Positions 13,738 through 24,821 of a stretch of DNA of 55,451 bases are shown here, piece by piece. The notes beneath the pieces were generated by a model. The model was not told the DNA's origin, ran no database searches, and saw nothing but the letters and a program-made list of their open reading frames with translations. The translations under genes were made by a program, and so were the position numbers. This stretch comes from Bigelowiella natans CCMP2755 (taxonomy: Eukaryota; Protista; Cercozoa). Location of the stretch: contig ADNK01002570.1 of the NCBI GenBank assembly GCA_000320545.1, positions 1 to 55,451 on the forward strand. Reading direction: 5' to 3'. Numbering within the stretch: position 1 is the stretch's first letter; every line of letters starts with the position of its first letter.

Positions 13738-15582
13738 CATCTTAAGCGCACACGCACATGTAATGATCCACATCTTTTTCGAAAGTTGAGTGGTATTAAT
13801 GCGGGCTCCTCTGGCTTCTTCCCCCTTTCCCCCAACACTGGAATAAGTTGTATAACATATCTGCCGCGTTGTACATACAAACCAGATCTATGATGGAGCT
13901 GCCACCACAGCTGACGTATAGGTGCGCACCAAGTCGAATATGACGACGACGGTGGTGATGGTGGTGATGGTGGTGATGGTTATGATGGTGATGACAGTGG
14001 TAGTGGTAGTGAAGGCTACGATAAAGAGACGATTAACTGTACGAATCTCGTGCGACAGAAAGTCTCAGCTGGCAGTGTTATATTATTTGTGTCCCGACTA
14101 CCCTGAATGACCCCCATCCATCAGTGCTCTGGAGGCCGTGTGCGAGGAAGTTGACTACGCAAGTCCGTCGCAGCCCCATCTCATGGCTATTGCATATTAT
14201 TTCACCCTTTTGCGATGCGGCGTCTGCCGCATATAATAAGCTCATTTCCTCTCTTTGAAAGTTCATTTTCTCTCTTTTATTATTCGTTTCATTCGTGGCC
14301 TCGATGTTAGCGAGCAGGGCAGCTAGTGTAGATCACCTGGGTTTTCTTATACTTTCATCAATTCCGTGCTTTCGTTGATTTCTCGCACTTCGACGAGGCG
14401 TAACTCTAATATTACAGCATTTAAAGCAGCTAGTATTTCACTCGCACACAGCCTCCAACCACTGCTATGATACTGTAACAAGGAGAAGACGAGACCGATG
14501 GACAGATAAAGCGCTTCTGGAACTACGATACAATAATCTACCTCACGCATGTAGGGCGACGTATCCCACTGATAATGATGATAATGATAATGATGATGAT
14601 AATAATAATAGTCACAATGATCATAATCATCATCAACGGTAGGAACATGTAGATGCTTGCATCTTCTTTCCAAAGTCCTCGCCTTCTGGGCTTTACAAAG
14701 GGCACAATTGATTGTGTTAAACGTCTTTGTGTTGCTTCCCCCATTTCTCGCCCCCCCCCCCCGTCCCTCATTTCGCTATCCCAGGCAAAAAGCACCTACA
14801 AGAAGGCTGTAAATGCCAGGTTGATTAAGATATACTGTCGTATCGTTGAAGCACTTCGCTGATCATTGTGGTCGCCTGTGCATACACCTAGGAAAAAGCG
14901 CAGGCATGCCGATAGAAAAGCTGAAAAGAATCACGGTAGCTTATTCAGAGAAACGGTGAGACGGCGTAATTCACAATGTGCGTTCTCAGAGCACACAGAG
15001 GACGGGTCAGGAGGGATAGGGGAGGGAGATCTGGGTCAACCAACTGCGTTGGGATGTGTTGGCCCCGCCGATATCTACCACAGGTGAGAAGTAGCTGTTT
15101 GCCTGCGGCTGCCTCTGCAGTCCATCGTTTGCCGCAATGCTGTCATTCATATCTTCTAATGCCTGCGCTTGTTGAACTCCAATAAAGCTTCCCGGAAGAG
15201 AGGTGCCTCCACAGCGCTTCCATATTCTCGAGCATTTTCCAGACCAAGCAACAGAAAGAACAGGTCGAAGATAACAACTACTGGTGGAGATTACTCACAG
15301 TATATGTCATAAGAATTTCTTTTGCGCGCAGGCTGAAGGCGAAGTGCGGCTTCTACTTGTACTAACACGCGAAGGCTTGAGCAAGGCCAGGGCTGAAATG
15401 CGAAAAATATCTGAAGAGGAGGACAAAAAGGTGCCAATTTCAATGTTGTTATGTCTCATCGACCTGACTTTTCCCATACTTGGCAACACCTGCAGGCACA
15501 AGAACGCGTACGGGCGAGGGCTGATAGAGCTGCCACAGGCCAACCAAGAACGCCTCGCCGAAATTTGAAGATTCCTTGGTAG
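10961..15582 (+). CDS. BCCIP: BCCIP/Bcp1-like protein with long N-terminal extension, multi-exon; start lies further upstream
   Basis: Spliced segments in BCCIP order: VVDFEFFDPNKTL, DLNNVATLLEQY, FDYMNMATAIINQ, VGTVIKG, GFVSMVNL, LLLILER/SMMELPPQL, FPEERCLHSAS, VRLLLVLTREGLSKARAEMRK. Stop TAG at 15580-15582. Confidence 0.75.
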
Positions 15583-15899
15583 TCCCACCACCAACTCCTA
15601 ATCTGATCGCAAGCTATTGTGGTCTGTGTCGGTTTTGAAATTTACAGCTTGCCATCTTGCCAGCACTCAATGCATTTATTTAGTATTTGTTAAATTTGCC
15701 GTCGATCAATGCATTTTTCTGTCAAACCACAAGCACATCTGTTCGTAACATCAAGGTACTAGACGTGCGCATTGTTCTGCAGCGCGCCCTTCAAACATTA
15801 TTGATTCGAATTCTAGCTAGCTGTCATTTGTAGGCGCTGTTTCCCATGTGGTTCTTGCGCTTGCAGTTTTTGCGTCCACATGAAGTTCAATATGCAATG

Positions 15900-16910
15900 C
15901 TAGAATGGTCATGGTCGCCACACAACAAACAATGGATTGTGACATCGATCATTCAATGATCATTTCATTGCTTGTGTCGTCGCAATCAACCACGTTGCTG
16001 GAAACTAAGTGACCCTTCTAGCTGCGAACGAGAAAGTTTCATTTTGAAACAACTCGCCTGCGCACACACGTTTCTGATGCACCCACGCAAACCACCAAAG
16101 CACAACAACAATGGAGACGATGTGCGCTTGCGCGTGTGGGTGCGCACCGCACTCACTGGCACGCAACACGTGGCATGTGTGGGCACTTGTGCTGGACGCG
16201 CTGCTGAACTTGTCCATGTCCACGGCAGTGCATTCGTGATTCGAATCTGTGCACACTTTTGACCTTCATGTTGTCTTCGTCATTGCTCGTGTTACAGTGT
16301 ACGACACATGTTCAGACATTCAGGCATGCACGACACTCAGCGGCAATGCATGTCTGGAGGTTTGCGCACGTCTGGACATGTGCGTGCACGCAGCACGCAG
16401 CACACGCAGCACACGCAGCACACGCAGCACACACGCGCGCCAGCAATCCCAGCAAGTGCGCACATGATCATGCGGACAGACACAATTGGGCTCTCATTTG
16501 TTTGGACTTGCAGGGCACGCACACCAGCACACCCATTGTGAGCTGGTGACCTCCGTGGCTGTTTGAAACTGTTGCAAACTTCTGGAGCCTTGCTAGCTTG
16601 GAGACGTGACACGTCCATGCCAGCATGGCTGGGCGTGCGCAGTCTCACTTTGAAAGTGGCTCCGGGTGCACCTCGAACAACAAACTGACGACGTGGACGA
16701 ACGAGTGAGTGAACGAATGAAGCAGCACCACAATGAGTGTTCAGTGCAATTTTGGAGCACCATCATTCACACGTGATCCATGATCCTTTTCATTTCAGCT
16801 CAAAACCGCTCCCACATCAAACATCCAACTTCGCCTACTTTCGAGGAACACGCATGATGTTTTTTTCAGTGTGATTTGTGCTGAGATGTTCAATGTTTGA
16901 ATGTCGCAGG
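15900..16910. other. TpA-depleted, TG/CA-rich intergenic tract
   Basis: Hand count of 7 TA in about 1010 bp, 5 of them in CTA; CpG remains abundant. Confidence 0.9.
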
Positions 16911-16915
16911 ATAAA

Positions 16916-18359
16916 ATGGGGCCCTATGTCGTCTCTACCGTTTCTCGACTGTGCTGAAACTCATGCGTTTCTAGATTTCGGGTGTGAAAGGAGCCCGAAG
17001 ACCAAGACCCAAACCTAGTGTTGAACGTGGACAAAGCGGATCTAGATCTATGGAACAGAAGAAGGGCGACAAGAGAGGTGTCTGGTGCACATTTTAAAGA
17101 TGCATCACCTCCCATTGATTCGTGTGAATGTGTTAGATTTGGATATCAGTAAGCCTCCCGCATGGCTGACGAAATCCAACAAAAAGAAACGCCTCACCTT
17201 TCATAAAGAGTACAAAGGGCGCTATCATGTTGGAAATGAGCAGGTCCAGGAGAATTTCTCATGTACTTCACGGTCGACCTATGGGGAATAAACGATTGCT
17301 TTTAGGTTGAGTACCTGGAAATCAAGAGCGAAGAAGAATACAAATCGTTTGTCGCGACGATCCCAAAGAAGAAGGTAGATTTGAAAGCTCATCTAGATTG
17401 ACATACTTCGTGCAATCAAAGAGACTGGCAATACAAAATGTCAGATCCAAATGAAACGACCCGCTCCTCCAAGCGAAGACGAGCTTCTGACCCTACCTAC
17501 AGTAACTAATGAACAATTGAATACCTGAAAAGATGATACCAAGCAATTGCAAATTAGACAGTTTCACACCAAGAGAAATTATGCGTGTTGTACTTGATCT
17601 ACTCAGTACATACGGGAATCCACAATGCGAGTATATTGGCTTTTGTCTGAAAAATTCGGTGCGCTTTCTCTATTTTAGATCGACTTCGAGAAGAAAATGA
17701 TGCTGGTCGCATTACGCTCCGATTCAATGTACAAGCATCCGGTGATAGAGAGCGTCTGCCAAACAAGAACTGAGACCAGAAGATTCCAGAGCGGATGGAC
17801 ACCTTGGTCCACAGCGGTTACCTATCGGCATCCTGATCTAGGAGACACGATGATGTATTCTGCTCCCGATGGAGTAGGTTGGTACTGATCAAAACGATCA
17901 AATTAATCATGATGATGACGACGACATATCCGTATTAACTTTTAGGAAGTTATCATGCTGTCGTGGTTGACAGACTTAGCTTCAGCCTGAGTAAGAACTC
18001 TAAATCGCCATTTTCCACGTCCGAGGTTGGTTCACTACTCTGTTATTTGCATGATATCATGCTCAAAGAACGTCATTTCCTTTTCACCAAGTGACCATCT
18101 GCTCATTCGGCTCTATCAGGTTCGCTGGTCCAATTTATCGGCTCCAAGCCGAAACGATGAGGAGGGAAAAAATCAGGGACCTAGAGCGTTTCAACAAGCC
18201 CCCAAAAGCAGAATGATCCAGCAGGCTGGGCCGCAATTGCAGATGGCTCCGCAAATGCAACAAGTTCCACAGGTGCAACAACAGCTAGAGCAGCTGCAAC
18301 TGAAGCCACAGCAGGAGCAAATAGCTCCGCAGCAGCTACAGGAGAATCCTTTCGAGTAG
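16916..18359 (+). CDS. Hypothetical multi-exon protein with a PrcB C-terminal-like domain and Gln-rich tail
   Basis: ATG at 16916 with short GT-AG introns. IDFEKKMMLVALR..PVIESV..VTYRHPD..GSYHAVVVDR resembles the PrcB_C pattern. Q-rich last exon ends at TAG 18359. Confidence 0.55.
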
Positions 18360-19960
18360 CCACTGGAACAACTGTGCACCCAGGCTGAAACCCAGTGAGC
18401 TGATCGTTTCGGGTCATCACGCATCGTGCTGGTAGACTGTGCAACGATGTTTCCCTTGTCGAAAGACATTCAGCAGTGAAAAGCGGGTGCTCATTGAATC
18501 CATTGCGTGTTGCTGCCCAACCAATGACAAGTCCACAAGTGCAGATGTGCATTTCAGGCCAGATTTTCCATCCACCGTCCATGCCTGTGAATGAAATTTG
18601 GATTAGGAAGCACTGATGCTGCACACCCAAGTGCATCCATGCAGTTTTTGCAAATGAATGCACTCAGTCGTCGCGACAGCATTCTCACATGCAACGTGCA
18701 CGCACACGATCAATGATGGGTTCATGAATTTCACATGTGTGCGTGGTTTGCACAGCTAGACGGGCTAGCGTGGGATGATTGGGTGCTCCAGAGTGCTGTG
18801 ATTGTGTTGCACGCGTTGCAAAATGTCGAAAAAACCAGATCACTGGGAAGCAACACGTTGTGTGTGTGAGTGAGCGATGTGTGCGATGTTGCGCGTGAAC
18901 TGAGAGCGCACGTGCACGGCACGATGCCATGACAGCGATGGACCACCACAGTTGCGCTGCGCTTGACGATGAACGCGCAACGCCAAATTCTCAGGGTGTG
19001 TCTCTGCAATCCACAGTGTCCAAACTTGAGCCAACTTTGTTGAGGGTTCTCTGCGTGCACCGCGTCCCAAGCACGCTCAAACGATGAAAACATTGAGCTC
19101 AGCTGGGCAGGCAATTGTTTGACAAACCTCACAAGAGCGAGGTTTGATCTTCCCCCCCTGCAACCGTGATTGGTGAGTTCTCACAACTGGACAAGCGGCT
19201 TCAGCAGCCAGTCCTGGAGTTGCTCACGAGGAACTTTGACCACTCCGTGTGAGCTGTTTGCTTGCTCCTGAACCGCAAACAAAAAAAAATTGAACATTGG
19301 AGGATTGCAGGGGAACATTGAACATTGAACATTGTTGAACAAAGCATTGACGCAAAAACCGCAGTCACAACTCCGTCAAACCCGGTGACGACTGGGGTTT
19401 GCACAAACCAGGTTTGCGCTCGCGGCCTGCTAGCCTGGCTAGCTGGCGCGCTCAATCGTTGCAATTGGACACTGGAAGCACACCAGCACACTGGAGCCTG
19501 TTTGAAGTTCACGTTTGATTTTTTGTTCGAATTTCAGCTTCAAAACCTCGTTTTTCAACGCCTGCCAGCGGGCGCAAATTGCAAAATGCTCACCACTTCT
19601 GAAACAGCTGGCGCAGTTGCACTTGCTGTGCCACAAGTTTTGCAAGCTCGTGAGGGCGTGCGCACACCAGCTTCACATTTTTGTGAAATTTCAGCACACG
19701 CACGCACACATCCGCGCGTGAGAGGTCATGCCACTCGTTGCAGGTTTGACAATTGCGTGTGGTTTCTCAAAAGCAACAAAAATGCAGGAGAATTTCTCAA
19801 AATGCAAGAAACACAAATGCAGAGGATGCAGCTCAAAGTGAGATGTTTTTCCATTTTTTTTTTTGTTCCCTCAAAAAGAGAGGCGGGAGGGACAAATTCA
19901 CACACAGCACACAGCAAGAATGTCGCGGAAAAGGAAAAGCCCGCAAAATGGTTGTCACAG
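18360..19960. other. TpA-depleted, TG/CA-rich intergenic tract
   Basis: Hand count of 6 TA in 1600 bp, all in TAG (4 CTAG); none between about 18770 and 19428. Confidence 0.93.
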
Positions 19961-20051
19961 CTACCAATCCCCCTGTGCTTCAAGTCGATTTGTTTCCACC
20001 GATGCCACATTACCCAATCAAATCTCGGTGTTGCAGGAGGTACCAAGGAGA

Positions 20052-21151
20052 ATGGAGGGCCCGCCTCTGAAGGTATGCTTGCCTAAAATCACAGCGATTG
20101 GTACGGGTTTAGATCGATGGAGTGCTTTGAAAATAAATCCTCTCAGGTCGGATTTGTGACCTACCCATCCATAGCTCTGATTGTTGTTCTGTTGGCGGCT
20201 CCAGCGCGTGTTCACTCAGTCTGGAAACATGCAGACTACAATGTACTGAATGTCAAAGAGGATTTTCCCTCTGGAGAAGGCGAGGGGTTCTGGATTAAGC
20301 CGTTTGATGAGGCACGGGAAAATGTGTGGTCCACCAATCTTGGGAGCAACGAAGGCTCTTTTGAAATCACAGATGAAAAGGAGCATCCTGTGCGTGGCCA
20401 GATTCTAATGAATACGAAAACAGAGACTTTATCCCGTCTCGTAGTTACTAAATGGCTGATACCTCCTGAAGTGACTCTTAGCTCCCAAGAGATGGATTCA
20501 CACTACCTTAAGTACGCTAACTTTAGCAGGGGCACCGGTGGTAAATCTACTTCAAGCTCCACCTCGGCGTTTGAAGAGATCCTGATAATCTTAAATGGGC
20601 CCGTTACACTAAATTATGGGACAAAGATGAAAAATATCACCAATATCCTACATCCGGAGATGCGATTTTATCGAGGATTCCCCGAGTTTATGAAGAAGAG
20701 CACTTTACACACCGGAGGTTCGGTGTACTTTCCTTTGAGGGCTCCGGCGTTTGTTCTATCCTCCGCTGAACATGATACAAGCGTACCTGAGAGCGGAAAC
20801 TCAAATTTATTTGCTCGTGTACTTGGAAATGCTCTTTCAAACACGAGACATGAGAAGATGGAGGAAAGCATGACCCTCATGAGCCTCATTTCGGTGCGTT
20901 TTGTCGTTGATAATCACCAAAAGAAAGATGGCTGTCACGAGCTCGTTTCAACAAGAGCGCGAAAATTCATAGATTCTTTGACAGATCAAGTAGTCGTGAA
21001 TGCAGAGACCCCTAGCGTGCCACACCCAGAGGCGGAATCGTTTGTCTCAAAGCGAATCTTTCAGACTCGAACGACCACTCTTAAGCGCCTTCAGTTCCAC
21101 ATCAACCTGTAATATTCTACCACTACAAATTTGATATGTATAATTTTTCTC

Positions 21152-21200
<49 letters not shown>

Positions 21201-21578
21201 CCCTTTCTTTTTCTCTATTTCTTGCTGACTCATATCTGCATGTCTGCATGCATGCATCGTAATGTATTTTACATGTAGATTGTCTTTTTGTTTGGGTTGA
21301 CGTATATCTTTGTTGCCATAATCAGGTACAGCATCGGATCTTCACTCTCCCCACATGCAGACGAAGGGTACGATGGACTTGTTTTCACACTCGGTGGAGT
21401 TCAAGAGCTCTTAACTGAGAAGAGTCACACGAAACTCGGCCAGAGCGTTTTTCTATCACCCATGAATGCGATACATGGATTTCGTTCAATTTGCTGCCAG
21501 AATACGTCTGGAACTATTCACTGGACAATCGAGTTTGAAAGAGGATTTGGGGGCGGATTTCTCTGTGATGAGATTTAG
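20052..21578 (+). CDS. Signal-peptide-bearing cupin (RmlC-like, probably bicupin) protein
   Basis: Exons 20052-20072, 20147-21108 and 21326-21578 join in frame. Hydrophobic IALIVVLLAAPARVHS. Cupin motifs EEILIILNG..GGSVYFP and PHADEGYDGLVFTLGG..VFLSPMNAIHGFRS. Confidence 0.7.
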
Positions 21579-22598
21579 GCATCCTACTTAACATTTTTAG
21601 AATGTTTACGTCAATTGCTATGTCACGAATCATTGTTGTTATCTTTAAACCTACAATTTGTGAAAAGATGAAAACGCATAGCAACATCTTGCATCCTATT
21701 GAGCTAAGGAACTAAAAAATTCTTGGAGAAAAAGACTGCCACTTATGCATTGTTTGCTGCATTGACACGTTGCTTGTTACCATCGTCGAAGTCAATCAAA
21801 TAGTAGTTAATGTTTCATGTGAAGATGTGCTCATGTCATGTGCCATCGTAATCCTAGAGTGGCGAACATGAGCACTGCGGTAAAAACATAGCGGCTCGAT
21901 CTGACAACACTCCAGAGTCAGCCATTGCCTCTGAGACAAAATGGTAATTTGGAGCTAATCGAATTCCCCTTGTTCAATGGCACGCACCTATTTGCTAGCA
22001 ATGTCTAGAATGTACCAACGCGATGTCATGCAAATGTTCAATGACTTGAAGCGAACGTGAACTTGGTGTCTAAATGCGTCGCTAGTCGGCTACGGCTAAG
22101 AAACAATTACATGTGGTTCTAGAGTTCAAGAAGCAACCTTGCTTACCGAGATGCCCATCAGTCCAGCATTGGTACATGTGGAGACAAATGGTGCCATTGT
22201 GCAATGTCAACGCAACTGCGAGCATGCGCATGATCCCATCCATCTAGATATCATCACATGCAAACTATACATCATCATGTACATGAAATTTTAGGGTTTT
22301 TGGTATTTGCTTACACATGCTCTACGGATAGGTCATGTCATCCAATGAACTGTTGAAAGTTACTCTTAGATTTTGGTTGAGCAAGGAGTTACATGGAAGC
22401 CTATGGCACACATGTTTGCGAAAGGCACGGCTTTCGCTTTACCTCGCGAGTAATCGAAGAACCAAAACGACTACCATTAAACCATGTTGAACATTTAAAT
22501 AATTTTTTGTAATTTTTTCTGGTTGTGATGTATGACGAGGACATAATAGAATTTAAGATTTCGCCCTTAACTTTGGCTCTGTTCGTCGGCATTTCATC

Positions 22599-23141
22599 TT
22601 ACTCCTTTTGAGTACCATCCTCCTGCAATGACGAGGAATGAGTTCCCACGATGAGGGGGCCGTCGAGATCAAGATAGCTTGCAGCGATGTCTGCTTGGGA
22701 CATCATCGTACTTGGTGGGGCAGGGGCGCTTTCTAACGAGGATTTCGTCTCATTGGGCGCCATTTCACCCGCAGCCTGGGGGTCCCAGGTCATGGAGATG
22801 GAGGTTTCCAACTCTTCTGGCAGATACGTTGAGGACAACTCAGTGGAGCTACTCGGCACATCCCTCGATCGAAAGCGAGTATCGGAAGCAGGCGTGATCG
22901 TAACAGGGGATTTCTGGCCCCTTTCCCTCTTTTTCCTACGGCGCTTGATGTTGCGCCACTTATCCTTAAGGTCGACGCTATTGCGGCCTCGAAGTACGTG
23001 CTTGTACTTGTGCAAAATCTTCAACCAGCGGCCTTCGCCATATTCCTGAACACCGCGTTCCAAGACGACCTCCTCTTCTTCGGTCCAATATGATCTACGT
23101 CGTTTCGTTCGGCGGATGCCACTACGACTACTACTACTACG

Positions 23142-23179
<38 letters not shown>

Positions 23180-24251
23180 CACTACCTGCACTACTCATGA
23201 AGCCGATTCTAGTGCTACCACTACATCTAGTATTACTACTACTGATACTGCTGCTGCTGTGGCTGCTATGAGCAACTGGTAGGGGCTTAGTGTGGCGCAT
23301 TGTTTGCAACTTTTTAGAATGTAAGACGGACTTGTCCTTTGGACTAGAATTCCGGCGTCGTCGGTTCCAGTTCCTATTTCTGATATACTCCAGGTGCAGC
23401 TGATGAGCTGGTATCTTATTGATGGTAGAAGAATGGGAATCTGTAGGTGTTCAAAATAAGCAGTAGGAAGAGGGAAGAAAGCAAGAGTTGCTCAGGATTT
23501 TTGCATTGTTGATTGCTAAGAAAACTGTGCGAGCCTGACTTTACCTGCATCATGCGATTTATCGTCAACTTCACTGGGAAGCAAATATGGAGGAAGAGAT
23601 TCTGCACCCCGAAGATTTGGCCTGAGGGGGCTAGCTACACTTAAAGCACGATCACTCATGGCTTGCTGTGAGTTCATTTGTAAACGCTTATGCTCAGGAA
23701 TGGATCGATATCCCTGCTGTCGAGAGGCCGGTATTTCAAACTTTGACAGTGGATTTCTCATTTTTTGTTGTGATGAAGAGGAGTATGGAGTTTGCTCTCG
23801 GATTGAACAGGTTGAAGATGATTTTGAACCAGCAGCATCGCCCTTGTGAATCGAGCCTTCTCGAGTTACTGTGAGAGCTTTTGGATGAAGAGGATTAGGT
23901 AAACTTATGACTGGCTCCAGCGTTGGTACATTCAGTGTCGATGACGAGGACGTGCTTAGCATTGTGAGAGGCGGTGATGAGAGGGATGAGTTAGACGGAA
24001 CCGTGTTGCTGGTAGCTGACAACATATTCCTCGATATATTTTCAACGAGCGATGTAGCTTCTAGATATGCGGTTTGGAAAAGGGTATCGGTGAGTTGCTG
24101 CGGACTTTGAGAACGGCTGGGTGAGGTGTGGCTTATTTCGAGCATAGGCAGGTCGCTGTCGTAGTGTGAGAGAGAAGTGACATCAAAAGGAACCTCGATG
24201 TCATCGTCTCCCCGTTCGTCTTCTTTCTGCATGCACGAACTGTGACGCCTC
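22599..24251 (-). CDS. TRF-like (telobox) single Myb/SANT domain protein; 5' exons uncertain
   Basis: WTEEEEVVLERGVQEYGEGRWLKILHKY..RNSVDLKDKWRNI at about 23090-22950. The two large exons join through a phase-1 intron at about 23544-23408. Confidence 0.85.
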
Positions 24252-24821
24252 CTGCGAGAAATACATGTATTGATTCCACATCACGTTAGTCCTGTAATTC
24301 AAAACTCGAAATGATCCCAGACTAAGTCGGGGACTTCATAAATGTAGAGTTAAGTTTTATCGAAATGCCAGAGGAAAAACAGGGAGAAAGTGAATCGATT
24401 CGCCATGGCTCGAGCGAGCACGAGCAGGTGCATGATGCCTGCTCCAAAACATGAATCACTCATAATTGCGCGGAACGTACCAGCAGGAAGGGTTGTGGCA
24501 CAGTCCCAAGCTGCCGAGGAGAAAGGTTTTTCCGCTACTACATGCCCAATTGTACTATCTTCTGTGAACTAAGCTTGTGGGAGCATTTCGGGTCGCACTC
24601 CCTTTTCAGCTTATCTCTTATGCGTTTCGGTGTTCGAAAATTCGTCTCGAAAGGTCATTTTTGGCAGTTCTAGCTGGGGAAATTATACAAAAAGAAGAGA
24701 GGCACGCGTTTGCTGCGAATCTTTATAATTGTTCCTGCTTCTTTTGATATTTTTCAATACCATGTGTGAGGCAAAGGGCGGAAAGTGCAACGCGGGTTAG
24801 TTTTTGAATATTAGCTCAACA

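Noticed and set aside
16385-16435. 9-bp tandem repeats, and the 44-bp duplication at 26280, as CRISPR-like arrays
   Set aside because: No unique spacers and no cas genes; simple tandem repeats.
15972-16648. Cys/His-rich, Tyr-poor ORFs on both strands
   Set aside because: Loss of TpA removes TAA/TAG stops and Tyr codons, creating spurious ORFs.
18685-20086. ORFs up to 253 aa in the TA-free tract
   Set aside because: Same stop-codon depletion artefact; several frames are open at once.
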